Notes under the pieces: model-generated
Told to the model about the DNA's origin: nothing
Database searches by the model: none
The model's input: only the letters and a program-made list of their open reading frames with translations
From: Monocercomonoides exilis PA203
Lineage: Eukaryota > Protista > Preaxostyla
Length of the DNA: 64,000 bases
Assembly: GCA_001643675.2 (NCBI GenBank)
Contig: LSRY02000035.1
Location: 682,001 to 746,000, forward strand
Direction: 5' to 3'
In this document: positions 11,950 to 22,839 of the stretch, one piece after another
Layout: each line of letters starts with the position of its first letter
How positions within the stretch are numbered: position 1 is the first letter of the stretch
Program-made: the position numbers and the translations under genes

Positions 11950-14900
11950 CTAACTTCTTATTTCTGAGTCAATTTGACTTTTCCTGCAATTGCTTCTTTC
12001 TTTGGATTCTTCACTGTTTTTCTCAAAAAAGATCGTATCTGCCATCATCATAACGCATTCGTCTTTCCCATACACCACAAACAATTCTTTCTTCATATCC
12101 AGCAATGTTGGTCTGCTTTCCACTTTCTGCGACAAGCAACTCGATACCAAATCAAAAAATCTCGATTGTTTAATACTTTCAAAGCATGGCTTTTCTCCGC
12201 TCAATATCTTTTGTCCTGCAATTTCTGTGTCAAACTCTTCAAATGGAATCTCCAGCGTCAAACATTCCCACAACATCATACCAATAGCAAAGGCAACAGA
12301 TTCCTTCGTAGCTCTCATCTTCTTATTTTTCAGCAGCTCTGGTGCCTTCCACCTCAAACACCCCTTCCAGTTGTCTTCTCCATTTTCAAAAACCGACGAA
12401 GGTGGTGGCGAGTCAGGATATCTTTCACTCATCAATGAAATATCAGAGGAAGATGAAGCAATAATCGGTGATGAAATAGATGATGAGTCAGAACTTTCTT
12501 CAGGAAAGTCAGAACACATTGCAATGCAGATGACCATGTGTTCGGAGAACAGAACAATGTGGGGATTCAGATTAGCCAGCGAAGGCAATTCTTTTTCCAT
12601 TTCATCAAATGAGTGGAGTGCTCCATTCACCACAAAAAACAGAACCCGAGCAGCCGTCTGTTCCCTTTCTTGCAAACTTCCGATTGTCATCTCCTTCTTC
12701 TCATTCCTTCCATGAAGCAGCATGAACAAAGAATCCCTCAAATCCACACTCAATTTCTTATATGGCCATGAGCATGCCATCACATCTACAATATTCGATA
12801 TGGATGATGTGGTGGGGCACAAATCCTCCATCAGAACAAAAGTTGAATCTGAATCAGTCGTGGAAGTTAATGAGATGGATGAAATAGACTGTGATGGAGT
12901 CAACTTTTTAATATCTTCTATCTCAGCTAACTCTTGCTCCCATTCAAAAATCTCATTAGAATCCTTTCCAAAAATGTATTCAGTTGATCCATTTTCATTC
13001 AAAAATACCCCCGAAGGCTCTGATTGTCCAATCTCACTCCCAAATACCCTCTTTTTTTTCATCTCTTTGTTCTTCTTCTCTGCCTCCATCTCACCCAATC
13101 TCCATTGCTCCTCAGATATTATCTCCATTGATACCATCTCAGTTACTTTCTGATCCTTTTCTGTTGTGTCATTCACTGCCTCTTCCATTTCATCAATTCT
13201 TCTCCTTGATGTTCTCCACCAAACAATCAAAACGATAGACACAATAAGAGCAATCAGCAGAACAACAACAAGCACAATCACAATAATTGTCCAAAATGAT
13301 TTTCCCTCTTTTCCACCTTCGGCAATTCTTTCATCCCCCTTTGCTTGATGCTCACTTCTGTTCTTCAGAATGAACGATTGAGTTGATGAAGGAATTTCTG
13401 CATTTCCAAATAAAATATGTACGCTAACTTCTGTTTCATCTCCACAACTGTGGATAAGATCCTTTGTCGCACTTCCTTCAACTTCTCTTTCTGACAAAAT
13501 TCCATTTCCATTAAACTCATAATTTTCAATCTCTTTCTCTTCTCCCTTCCTCTTCACAACTGCGAATGACAAGTTGCAAGGAATAAGAAGCAATCCTTTG
13601 AATGTCAGCTTCATCCTGTCTCTCTCTTCTTTTGCTTCCACACTTTCCAACACAGGAATAAAGAATGATGAGTCCCTTTCTGAAGCAATTCCTTCAAAGC
13701 TGCACCCTTCATTTACCATCCAGAGTGAAGTATTATCCTTCAATCCATCTCCTCCTTTCAAACTCATCACATTCAGTGTTCCTGAATCTGAACAAATGAT
13801 GTTTCTTCTCAATGATGGATAATTTTCAATTGATGGATTGTTATTTATAAACTCTCCTTTCTCAACATTCACATTTCCTCCTCTCATTATTATTCCACCT
13901 TCTGGTGTATTCGAGATTGTTGAATCTTTCATCATCACTGAACTTTTTGTGATGTCAACAAGAGATCTATTCCATCTGCACATCTCTTCTTCTGTATTCA
14001 AATTCTGTTCATTTCTTTCCTTTGCACTCCCATCAAAAAAGCAACTGTCCATTTTCACATCCAAACAATTCTCCAATTTCATCAATTCCCCTTTTGTAGT
14101 CTTTGAACTGACTCCACACATTGTGCAATTTGTCAACTGAATTGTCCTTTTCATTGACAAGCAAGTTATCAACGATTCTTCATTTCCTTCAACTGTGATA
14201 TTTTCTGTATTGAAATTCTTTATTGTCAATAAACCGCTTTCATTAATATCCAATAGAGAAGTTTTAATTGTTGAATAGCAAATCGTTAATGAATCAATTA
14301 CTGATGGAAGTGATGATGAAAGAGATAAAGCAGGTTTTTGAAGAATGAGATTTGATATTGTGCATCCATCAAGTTGTAATTCTCCTTTTCCCATATTAAT
14401 AATGTGAAATGGAATGTTTGCAAATTCTGCATTTACACCTTCCATCAGTCGTTTTGCTGTGAACGAACAATTTATCACCTCAAGAATCCAACCCTCTGGT
14501 GATATCAATGATTCATGTTGAGAAATGAAATTCGAATCAAACAAAAAGTTCAATCTCAGCAATGAAACTGTCCCTGCTGTAGTTACCAATGCCTTCTTTG
14601 TTTTTTCAATCTCTGATTTCACTTCAACTTTGCACATCTCTCTGCTCTTCGAACTCAAATTCATCTCCTCCAGATTTATTTCTCTTCCAATCACACTCTT
14701 AGTGTCAACATACAACAAACTCACATTTTCCAATATCAAATGACTAATCCCATGATCTATCGAATCGCAAGGAAGTGTATTTGTTCCACATTGCCTGTCG
14801 TTCGTTCCATTCACACTGCTCACAATGATTGTGTCGCTCTGATAGATAGTAACAAAATCAATCAGATCTGTATCGTCCTTATGTTGGCATACGTCAATTC

Positions 14901-17900
14901 CGTAAATCGCATTAATTCGTGAATAATGATTCTCTCGAAGATCAAACTGGAATTGACTTTCACTGATTTGTGATGTGATGTTGAAACATTCAATGAAAAT
15001 ATCTTTTCCAACACTTGCACCATTGTCACTGAATTTCATTCCCACAAATGCAAAATTCAATTCTCCCCTTTCCTTTGTTGCCAGATACACTCCTCCTCCT
15101 TTTCCTGAACTTAGACTGCAGCTACAATGGCTGATTGTTGAGTCAATTATCTTCATTGAGCCAGATGCACACAATGTGAAAATGATCGCTCCTCCTTTTT
15201 CACTTTCTTCAGCTTTGTCTTCTGTGATGTTGCTCTCATTCACAACCAAACAAATCTTTTCATCGCTCTTTGACTCCAAAATGCTTGCTCCATTATCGCT
15301 TCTCTTCACTCCTGAAAATGATGAATTATTAATCTCAATATTCACACATTCTTCATCTCCTTCATTTATCTTCAATCCTGGTTCAGATTTCTTGATTAAC
15401 AAAAAGCAACCTCCACTTTCATTCAACGATTTTACTCGAACATTCATCAAATGACAAGTTATTTCAGAATCATGAATGACAAATATGTTGTTTCCAACAT
15501 TGCATGATTCCATCGACAAATCAATCACTTCTACGCTTCCTCCAATTACATCCACAAACACACAATCAAATCCATTGTTCACTCCCGCTTCTGAATGGAA
15601 TGAACATTCACTTATCACCAATTCTCCATTTTTGTTTGAAATAATCATTTTGGCTGAATTGTCAAATCCCGATGTCAGTTGAAGTTGGATGTTGGACAAT
15701 TCAAGGTGAATATCATTTTCCATGAAATATTCTAGCTGACTATCAGTTGCCTTTTCAAAATCCAAAGTTGCTTTTGTATCTTCCTCTCCCATCTTCGCAT
15801 CCTTTTTGATCTGATAATTGGACACATCGAATGAATCTCGAATGATTGTTGATCCTTCAATCTGAATTGTTTTCATTCCATCTCCTTCTTTCATGTTTTT
15901 CATTCCCTTCCACATCGTGAAGCATGGCTCTTCCTCGCTTCCACAACGCGCCACATCAAATCCTTCAGATGAGATAAATATTTCAATTGAGCTAAATGTA
16001 ATCAGAAACATGAACAAATCCTTGTCCGTATGAAAGTCATCACTTCCAACAAACAGAGTTTCATCATCCTTCATTGATGAGTAATCGAACTTGAAAGTAT
16101 TGTTTGTCACGGTCTTGTTCAGATCAGATGCAAAAATGAACGCATTCTTTCCAATGGCTGCATTGTTATTCTTAAAAGTTACGTCAGCATCAAAAACAAA
16201 TGGCTTCTCATTCAAACAATTTTGGCAATCCAAATACAAGAACCCTCCTTTTCCATTGCCTGATGAAAGTGAACAAGATGCTGCATTTGTTAATTTGATC
16301 TCCAATTTTTCATTCCCTTGCAATGTCACTTTTGCAACACCTCCTTCACCGCTTTCAGTGTTCACAATGTTTGAAAAGCTGCTGTCTTCAAACAAAACAG
16401 AAGAAGCCATCAAAAATGGAGATTTGGAAAATGAACAACCTTCCAAACTGCATCCCTTCAATGTGCAACTTCCACTTGTTGTAGATATCAATGAGTATTG
16501 GACAATATCTGTTGTTGATTGGACCTCAAATAAACAGTTTTCTTGTTGAAGAACTCCACTCGATGAGATCAATGAATTCATATTTGGCTCAAATTGACTT
16601 GGAATCTGCAACTTCAAAGATACCAAGCTGAGTGATACTGTTGAAGAAATAATAGATGATGATGATGATGCAGAATTCCCTTTGATTGTCCCTTCAAAAT
16701 GAATAGGCTTGTGTTTAATGGCTTCTCCATCAATCACACACCCTTCAATCACAAGTGCATCTGTGAATGAATATATATCTTCAATTGTCCCTTCGCCTCT
16801 CACTTTCACTTTCCTTTCTCCTTCTGTCCCACTTCTGTCAATGTGGCTTATTCCACTCCACATCGATTCGCATGGATATTCATCGCTCCCACATCCCAAC
16901 GTGTCATGCCCACCAGTCGACACAGACACAACCACGCACTTCAGAGAAACAAGAAACACTCGAAGATCCAATTCTTCATAAGTCCCATCTTCCCCAACAA
17001 TTGCATTCCCATCATCTTTGAAATTTGTGCAATCAATTGCACAACGCTCCGCATTCACAGTGTTCACCAAATTGCTGCTCTTTACAAACATGTTCTTCCC
17101 AACTGTTGCTGAGCATCCAGAAAACGATATCGATGATAACTGAAATGCTTCTTCATTTGGACTGCAATCCAAATATATTCCTCCTCCTTTTCCTCTCTCA
17201 CTCTTATTCTCGCAAACACATCCGGTAAATGAACTCTCTTCAATTGCAATAAACCCTCCTTCACTCAACGCTATCTTCAATGCTCCTCCTTTTTTGCTCT
17301 TCTTCGATAATGCCCCGTCAATTGTACTTCCATTCATCACCATCCCAACTTCCACACTCTCTCCAAACACTGATGCCTTTCCATCTACTGCCACTCCACT
17401 ATCAATCTCCAATCTTTGCAGTGTGCAATTCAACAGTTTCACTTTGTAGTCCTGTTCATTCACATAAACTGAGGAAAGAGAGAATGAAAATAATGAGACA
17501 GATGATTTCACATCTGAAATCGTGACGAATTCCAGCTCAACCATCTTTCCTGTCGATCTGATCATGAAAAATCCAATTGTGTTTCCCATCCCTCCAATCA
17601 CACTCATTTCGCAGTTCTTCATGTGCAACTCGCCATTTGCACTGCCTGATTCGATCACTGTTGATATTGTTTTGCTTAAACTTGATGGAACAACTATTGT
17701 AATTAACTCCATTTCTGTAAGCGATGATGATTTCAGAACACATTCTTCAGATCCACTCACTTCTGGTTGGCATTCAATTTCCACAACAGCTTCCTCTTTT
17801 GCCTTTACACACATTTCTCCCACATCCACACACCCAGTAATATTCGATTTTTTACACACAACAATCTCCTCTTTAACATTCAGCGTTTTCTTCAAATGCA

Positions 17901-20900
17901 CCATTCCGAAGTTTACATTCTTACAAGGTGCTTTCTCCAGTCCACAATACTTCTCCTCAACGCCAGATGTGCCATCCACATGGACTGTGTCAGCAAAGTA
18001 TCCATCGAGAAATATAAATAAATCGACATTCCAGTTGCCAAATACTTCTGTTCTGTCATGCCCAACAATCGAGTTGTCTTTCTGAGTGATGCTTCTCATG
18101 AAGGCGAACAAGGGCTCTTTCACAGAAGCGACAAATGATTCACACACAAAATACACATCCCTTCCGACACTGGCCTTGTTGGCTGAAAACACGATATTGG
18201 TGATGGAAAAGGAGGATTCTGACACTTGTGAGCCATGGTTATACTCGATCATGAGAGCACCGCCTCTTCCTCCAGAACTTGTATCCTCGCTCACAGAGCA
18301 GCTGGAGAAGGTGGAATCACTCACCGAAAATGTGTTGGCAGGGACAGATGAGGCGAATGAGATGCACCCGCCATTGGTGGCAGTCTGTTGGTTTTGTGGA
18401 GCTGAGTCGATGTTTGTCATGGTGCAGTTGGTGAGGGAGAGAGAGAGGGCAGGGGAGGTGGCAGAGGAGAGGACACAGCTGGTGGGGGTGGCAGTGGAGG
18501 TGATATCGGTGATGTTGGAGGAGTTGAGAGTGAGGGGATTTGTTAGGGAGGTGAGGTGGAAGATGCTTTGGCTGTTGAGGGAGAGTTGGGTGATTGCTGT
18601 GTGGTTGAGGGCGAGGGAGCCAGCAGTGAGGAAGAAGAGGGGTGTTTTGATTGGTATGGAGGTTGTTCCGGTGATGGTGGTTGTGTTGAGGTTGAGGGAA
18701 GGGGAGTTTTGGGAGAGGTGGAAGAGGATGGGAGTGATTTGATTTGTGGAGTTGTGGGAGATGGCGAGGGCAGACACTGTGAGGGAGCCCTGGGTCTGTT
18801 GGAAGAGGGCAGAAGAGGCAGATGGATCTGGTGAAGAAGATGTTGATTGTGATGACTGTGAATGTGAGTTTTGTGGTTGAGGAATTCCGTTGGAGGCTAT
18901 GATGGTAGCAGTTGTGTCATTTCCAGTGATTTTAGTATCAATTGCGCTGAAGGTGAGTGTTTGAAGAGGAACAAATGTTGAGGAGAGGAGGATGAGAGAG
19001 GCGTCTTGGAGGAGGGAAATGAAGCCGTTGAGGGCATACTCGATGGTGGCACATGGGGTCTGTTGGGGTCTGCCACAGGCATCAGCATCAGCTCCATTGT
19101 TGGCAACGATTTTGCTCTGGGCAATGAGGGGGAGCCAGTCATTGAATTCGGTGTTATCAGCTTGTCCATTATTCCAGACTCTTTTTTCCAGGGTTGTTGA
19201 ACAGCAATTCTCGAATGGGGATTTAGTGATATCACTTCCGTTGAAAAGAACATCGTTTCCTCTGCCATTGGCTGCAGTGTTGCCATCAAAAAAGCAGAAG
19301 GATATGAATTTTGTTCCACTCATCCAAGAATAACTTGCATAACAATATATGGCTGCACCACCATATTTCGTCGAGGCAGTCAGTTTGTTATTTATAAATT
19401 GGCAATCATTAATTGAAAATTGATTCGGTTTGCTGCTTGGAGGCCAATGAAATGTCAAGGAGCCAGTTGAATCGCCACCGGAATTTGCGATGCACACGGA
19501 TTCGGAAAACAAGAATTGACAACTTGAACTCATATTGTTGAGCCAAAAATAATAACCCGTTCCTCTCCAGCTTGTTATTGAACAATTTTCTACTCTGTTT
19601 TCTGAGAACGTCCATACAGAATTTGCTTGCGGGTACAAAATTACTACAGCTCCTCCGTGAGCAGCTGAACAATTTGAAATATTGGATTTTGTAATATTAA
19701 TTATTGACAAACCACCACAGTACAATGCTCCACCTTGATAATTTTTTTCGCAAGAACATTTTTTAAACGAACAAGAGAAAATTGTCAAATTTGCTTGTGA
19801 ACAGCCAACGTAAAGCGCACCTCCATCTTTTGACCCACCATTCGAGTTTTCCCATTCGCACCACTTGAAACTATGAAAGTTTTTTCCGAAGGAATCCAAT
19901 CTTCCCGGTTTCTTTCTTTGTGTTTCTGATCCTTCATAAACCACAGGGTCGTTTGGTGAAGAGCGTGTTTGATGGAGGAAAGAGGCATTGAAAACAGAGA
20001 GAGAAGTGGATGGGCTGTTGAGGTTTGGGAGGATGGTTCCATCGATGGGGTTGTGAGTGTGGATGAAGATGGTTGAGTGGATGAAGAGGGACGAATAAAG
20101 GGAGAAGGAGGGGATTGTATTGATGTTGGTGGAGGTGGAAATGGAGATGGAAGTGGAAGAAGTGGTTGAGATGAATGGATTGAGTGAGTGGGAGGGAAGG
20201 GATGGAAGAGATGGATGGGATTGAGGAGAGGAGATGTTGGAGAAGAGGGTGTTTGAGAGATGGAGATTGAGGTGGATTTGGAGGTGGGGATGGGATTGGT
20301 GATGGATATGGAGAGGGGAAGGGGAAGGGGAAGAGGAAATTGAAGGGGAAAGGGAAGGGGAAGGGGAAGAAAAAGAAGAGGATGAGGATGAGGATGAGAA
20401 AGATGAAGGAGAAGGGGAAAGGGAAGGAGATGGAGAAGGGGAAGGGGAAGAGAGGGCAGAAGGAGAAAAAAGGAAAGGCTGGATGAGGGAGACGAATGAG
20501 GAGAAAGAGGAGTGGGAGATGGAGAAGGAGGCAGGGATTGGGGAGTGGGGATCTGAGAGGAGATTGTTTGGGGTGGAGAAGAGGGGGAAGGAGAAGATGG
20601 CAGGTTGGTGGGTGGTGAGGGAGAAGTTTGTGAGGGCGATGGAGGCATGGGCAGAGAGGAAGAGGGGGCAGTGGTGGTGGTGGTTGTTGGTGAGGGAAGG
20701 AGGGTGGATGGCGCAAGTGGAGGAGCAGATGGAGGCAGCGGAGTGGTGTTGGGCAGTGAGGAGTGGACAGCCACTGGAAGGGATGATGTTGAGATGGGTC
20801 ACACACAAGGAAGCGTTGATGAGGACGAAGTTTGTCTGAGCACCACAGATGAGATTGCCAAATCTATATCTTCTTTTTTCCATTTCAATTCCGAAAGTGA

Positions 20901-21075
20901 TGCTATCATTTCCATTTCCATGTGCGATGTTGATCCGGCCTTCGCGTGTCTCTTCAAGCCTTTCTAGATAAGTTTGCTTTTCTGAAATGCATCCGCATTT
21001 CTGGGAGCTCAAAGCAAAAATAAGCACAGAAATGATGTAAACTGTTGTATTAACGTTAAAAAGGCGTCTTTCCAT
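11950..21075 (-). CDS. 3041-aa type I membrane protein: signal peptide, repeated Cys-rich/beta-helix-like ectodomain, transmembrane helix, degenerate kinase-like C-terminal domain
   Basis: Single long ORF with a hydrophobic N-terminus and several G.D...CG....PC.T/S modules. TM segment WTIIVIVLVVVLLIALIVSIVLIVWW at ~13215-13295. C-lobe-like RWKAPELL...AFAIGMMLWECLTLEIPF...CLSQKVESRPT. Confidence 0.88.
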   Translation of the reverse strand: MERRLFNVNTTVYIISVLIFALSSQKCGCISEKQTYLERLEETREGRINIAHGNGNDSITFGIEMEKRRYRFGNLICGAQTNFVLINASLCVTHLNIIPSSGCPLLTAQHHSAASICSSTCAIHPPSLTNNHHHHCPLFLSAHASIALTNFSLTTHQPAIFSFPLFSTPNNLLSDPHSPIPASFSISHSSFSSFVSLIQPFLFSPSALSSPSPSPSPSLSPSPSSFSSSSSSSSFSSPSPSLSPSISSSPSPSPLHIHHQSHPHLQIHLNLHLSNTLFSNISSPQSHPSLPSLPSHSLNPFISTTSSTSISISTSTNINTIPSFSLYSSLFIHSTIFIHTHNPIDGTILPNLNSPSTSLSVFNASFLHQTRSSPNDPVVYEGSETQRKKPGRLDSFGKNFHSFKWCEWENSNGGSKDGGALYVGCSQANLTIFSCSFKKCSCEKNYQGGALYCGGLSIINITKSNISNCSAAHGGAVVILYPQANSVWTFSENRVENCSITSWRGTGYYFWLNNMSSSCQFLFSESVCIANSGGDSTGSLTFHWPPSSKPNQFSINDCQFINNKLTASTKYGGAAIYCYASYSWMSGTKFISFCFFDGNTAANGRGNDVLFNGSDITKSPFENCCSTTLEKRVWNNGQADNTEFNDWLPLIAQSKIVANNGADADACGRPQQTPCATIEYALNGFISLLQDASLILLSSTFVPLQTLTFSAIDTKITGNDTTATIIASNGIPQPQNSHSQSSQSTSSSPDPSASSALFQQTQGSLTVSALAISHNSTNQITPILFHLSQNSPSLNLNTTTITGTTSIPIKTPLFFLTAGSLALNHTAITQLSLNSQSIFHLTSLTNPLTLNSSNITDITSTATPTSCVLSSATSPALSLSLTNCTMTNIDSAPQNQQTATNGGCISFASSVPANTFSVSDSTFSSCSVSEDTSSGGRGGALMIEYNHGSQVSESSFSITNIVFSANKASVGRDVYFVCESFVASVKEPLFAFMRSITQKDNSIVGHDRTEVFGNWNVDLFIFLDGYFADTVHVDGTSGVEEKYCGLEKAPCKNVNFGMVHLKKTLNVKEEIVVCKKSNITGCVDVGEMCVKAKEEAVVEIECQPEVSGSEECVLKSSSLTEMELITIVVPSSLSKTISTVIESGSANGELHMKNCEMSVIGGMGNTIGFFMIRSTGKMVELEFVTISDVKSSVSLFSFSLSSVYVNEQDYKVKLLNCTLQRLEIDSGVAVDGKASVFGESVEVGMVMNGSTIDGALSKKSKKGGALKIALSEGGFIAIEESSFTGCVCENKSERGKGGGIYLDCSPNEEAFQLSSISFSGCSATVGKNMFVKSSNLVNTVNAERCAIDCTNFKDDGNAIVGEDGTYEELDLRVFLVSLKCVVVSVSTGGHDTLGCGSDEYPCESMWSGISHIDRSGTEGERKVKVRGEGTIEDIYSFTDALVIEGCVIDGEAIKHKPIHFEGTIKGNSASSSSSIISSTVSLSLVSLKLQIPSQFEPNMNSLISSSGVLQQENCLFEVQSTTDIVQYSLISTTSGSCTLKGCSLEGCSFSKSPFLMASSVLFEDSSFSNIVNTESGEGGVAKVTLQGNEKLEIKLTNAASCSLSSGNGKGGFLYLDCQNCLNEKPFVFDADVTFKNNNAAIGKNAFIFASDLNKTVTNNTFKFDYSSMKDDETLFVGSDDFHTDKDLFMFLITFSSIEIFISSEGFDVARCGSEEEPCFTMWKGMKNMKEGDGMKTIQIEGSTIIRDSFDVSNYQIKKDAKMGEEDTKATLDFEKATDSQLEYFMENDIHLELSNIQLQLTSGFDNSAKMIISNKNGELVISECSFHSEAGVNNGFDCVFVDVIGGSVEVIDLSMESCNVGNNIFVIHDSEITCHLMNVRVKSLNESGGCFLLIKKSEPGLKINEGDEECVNIEINNSSFSGVKRSDNGASILESKSDEKICLVVNESNITEDKAEESEKGGAIIFTLCASGSMKIIDSTISHCSCSLSSGKGGGVYLATKERGELNFAFVGMKFSDNGASVGKDIFIECFNITSQISESQFQFDLRENHYSRINAIYGIDVCQHKDDTDLIDFVTIYQSDTIIVSSVNGTNDRQCGTNTLPCDSIDHGISHLILENVSLLYVDTKSVIGREINLEEMNLSSKSREMCKVEVKSEIEKTKKALVTTAGTVSLLRLNFLFDSNFISQHESLISPEGWILEVINCSFTAKRLMEGVNAEFANIPFHIINMGKGELQLDGCTISNLILQKPALSLSSSLPSVIDSLTICYSTIKTSLLDINESGLLTIKNFNTENITVEGNEESLITCLSMKRTIQLTNCTMCGVSSKTTKGELMKLENCLDVKMDSCFFDGSAKERNEQNLNTEEEMCRWNRSLVDITKSSVMMKDSTISNTPEGGIIMRGGNVNVEKGEFINNNPSIENYPSLRRNIICSDSGTLNVMSLKGGDGLKDNTSLWMVNEGCSFEGIASERDSSFFIPVLESVEAKEERDRMKLTFKGLLLIPCNLSFAVVKRKGEEKEIENYEFNGNGILSEREVEGSATKDLIHSCGDETEVSVHILFGNAEIPSSTQSFILKNRSEHQAKGDERIAEGGKEGKSFWTIIVIVLVVVLLIALIVSIVLIVWWRTSRRRIDEMEEAVNDTTEKDQKVTEMVSMEIISEEQWRLGEMEAEKKNKEMKKKRVFGSEIGQSEPSGVFLNENGSTEYIFGKDSNEIFEWEQELAEIEDIKKLTPSQSISSISLTSTTDSDSTFVLMEDLCPTTSSISNIVDVMACSWPYKKLSVDLRDSLFMLLHGRNEKKEMTIGSLQEREQTAARVLFFVVNGALHSFDEMEKELPSLANLNPHIVLFSEHMVICIAMCSDFPEESSDSSSISSPIIASSSSDISLMSERYPDSPPPSSVFENGEDNWKGCLRWKAPELLKNKKMRATKESVAFAIGMMLWECLTLEIPFEEFDTEIAGQKILSGEKPCFESIKQSRFFDLVSSCLSQKVESRPTLLDMKKELFVVYGKDECVMMMADTIFFEKNSEESKERSNCRKSQIDSEIRS

Positions 21076-21749
21076 CGATTCTAATCCAATACAAAATGAA
21101 TATTGTAAAATTCATCCGACCCACTTTTTAGAAAAAGTCATATAAGTATTATGCAATGCACCTTTCGGTTGAAAAAGAGAACGAAATATCAATTTCTGTT
21201 CAATAATGTTTAAAAGAAAAGACAAAAAGAATTTTTATTAGCTTGAATTTGAATTTCTCGAGAGAATGAAAATGAAAAAATACGAAAAATTCTTTTTGAA
21301 AAAAGCGATAATTGAGTTTAAAAAAAAAAGGTTATTCATTAACAATTCAACTTTAACTTGCTTCGTTCTTGCCAGCCATCGACTGCTGACTTCAAAAATT
21401 ATTGTGATGTCAATGATTCGAATTTCAACAAAAATTAGCATTTTTCTATCTGTTGGAGAACCCAATAATCTTTTTGATTTTTCAAAAAAATAAAAGAAAT
21501 ATCATTCAGTTGATTTCAAAATTCGTTTATCAATGTGGGAATAAAAAAGGTTGATTTATCTCCAACGATAAACTTTGATCAAAAATTGCCAAAAAATAAT
21601 GAAAAAATAAAAATTATTGCAAAATCTTTTTTCATAATACAAGCTGCACTAAAAAAAAAGACAGCCACCCTTTGACAAAACAAAAATCTTGGTTCTCACA
21701 GAAGACAAAATAATCAGCAAAGGAACTTTTGTGAAAAACTTCAAACATA

Positions 21750-22759
21750 GGGCTATAATTTTATCTTGACCTTTTTTCTTTATCTAGACCTTTTTCTTTT
21801 TTGCAATGCTTTTAGCTTTACACAAGCCTGCGATAAATAAAAAATAACCAGAAATGTTTGAAATGATTTAATTTCCTTATTCTATATTTTTTTTTCAATA
21901 TTTCTTGTTTCACAAAAAGATCGAGGATAATGAAATTTTTCTGTTTTGATCATTGACTTGCTGCTTTTTCAGCGAATATTTTTTATCGGAAGTTTTAAGC
22001 TTTCATATCATAATACATCGTTTATTTTTTATATGATTTAGTTGTTTTTAACTTTCTCAACTTGTTTTTTTTACACTTTTTCTCATTTCACACATATTTT
22101 TAAAAAACACGATTTTAAGGACACATATGAATTTGTTTTGAAATTTATTGAAATGATAAATAAACATTATTAAAATAAAACGATTCTTGCATGTCAAAAC
22201 GATAATTTGTTTGTGAGTGTTTGGTAATTTGAAACATAAAAAAATCATATATACTTGCTTTTCAGTTAAAATTCTTGTTCAATTCTTTTTCTTTTCAGAA
22301 TTAAATTAAAATATACAATAAATAACACCTTGTTTTTATTTTTTATGTGCTTAAAAATTTACACAAATTCATATTTGTTCCAAAAATCGTGTTTTAAGCA
22401 AAAACAGTGAAATGAGAAAAAAAGGTTAAAAATTTTATTGAAAAATTCAAAAACAAGTTAAAATGATAATATAGGAATGTGGAATGCTGATGTTGTGGCT
22501 TTAAACGTTCGGTTTGAAATAAACGCTTCACGGCCAGCATGTCTTTGATCTGGGTCCTAAAATAATAATAATTTTTAATATTTTTTTGAACATTAAAATT
22601 TCAAAAATTTTTTCAACAGAATTCTGAAAAACAAAAATATCAAGAAGTCTATTTATTTTGTTTTTGTTTTAAGCCTTTTAACAAATCAAAAAAGCAAAAA
22701 TAAGTTTCAAAAAAACAGGGTTGAGATAAAATTTTGAGGTCAAGATAAAATATGCACCC
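21750..22759. mobile_element. 1010-bp non-autonomous TIR DNA transposon (MITE-like), copy 2
   Basis: Same sequence, length and orientation as 5146..6155; TA|GGG...CCC|TA ends. Confidence 0.9.
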
Positions 22760-22839
22760 TATATGCATATTTTTTGATTTATTTTATAAAAAACGATGAA
22801 AAATAAATGCTCATAAAAATGCCAATCTTATTCATTCAT

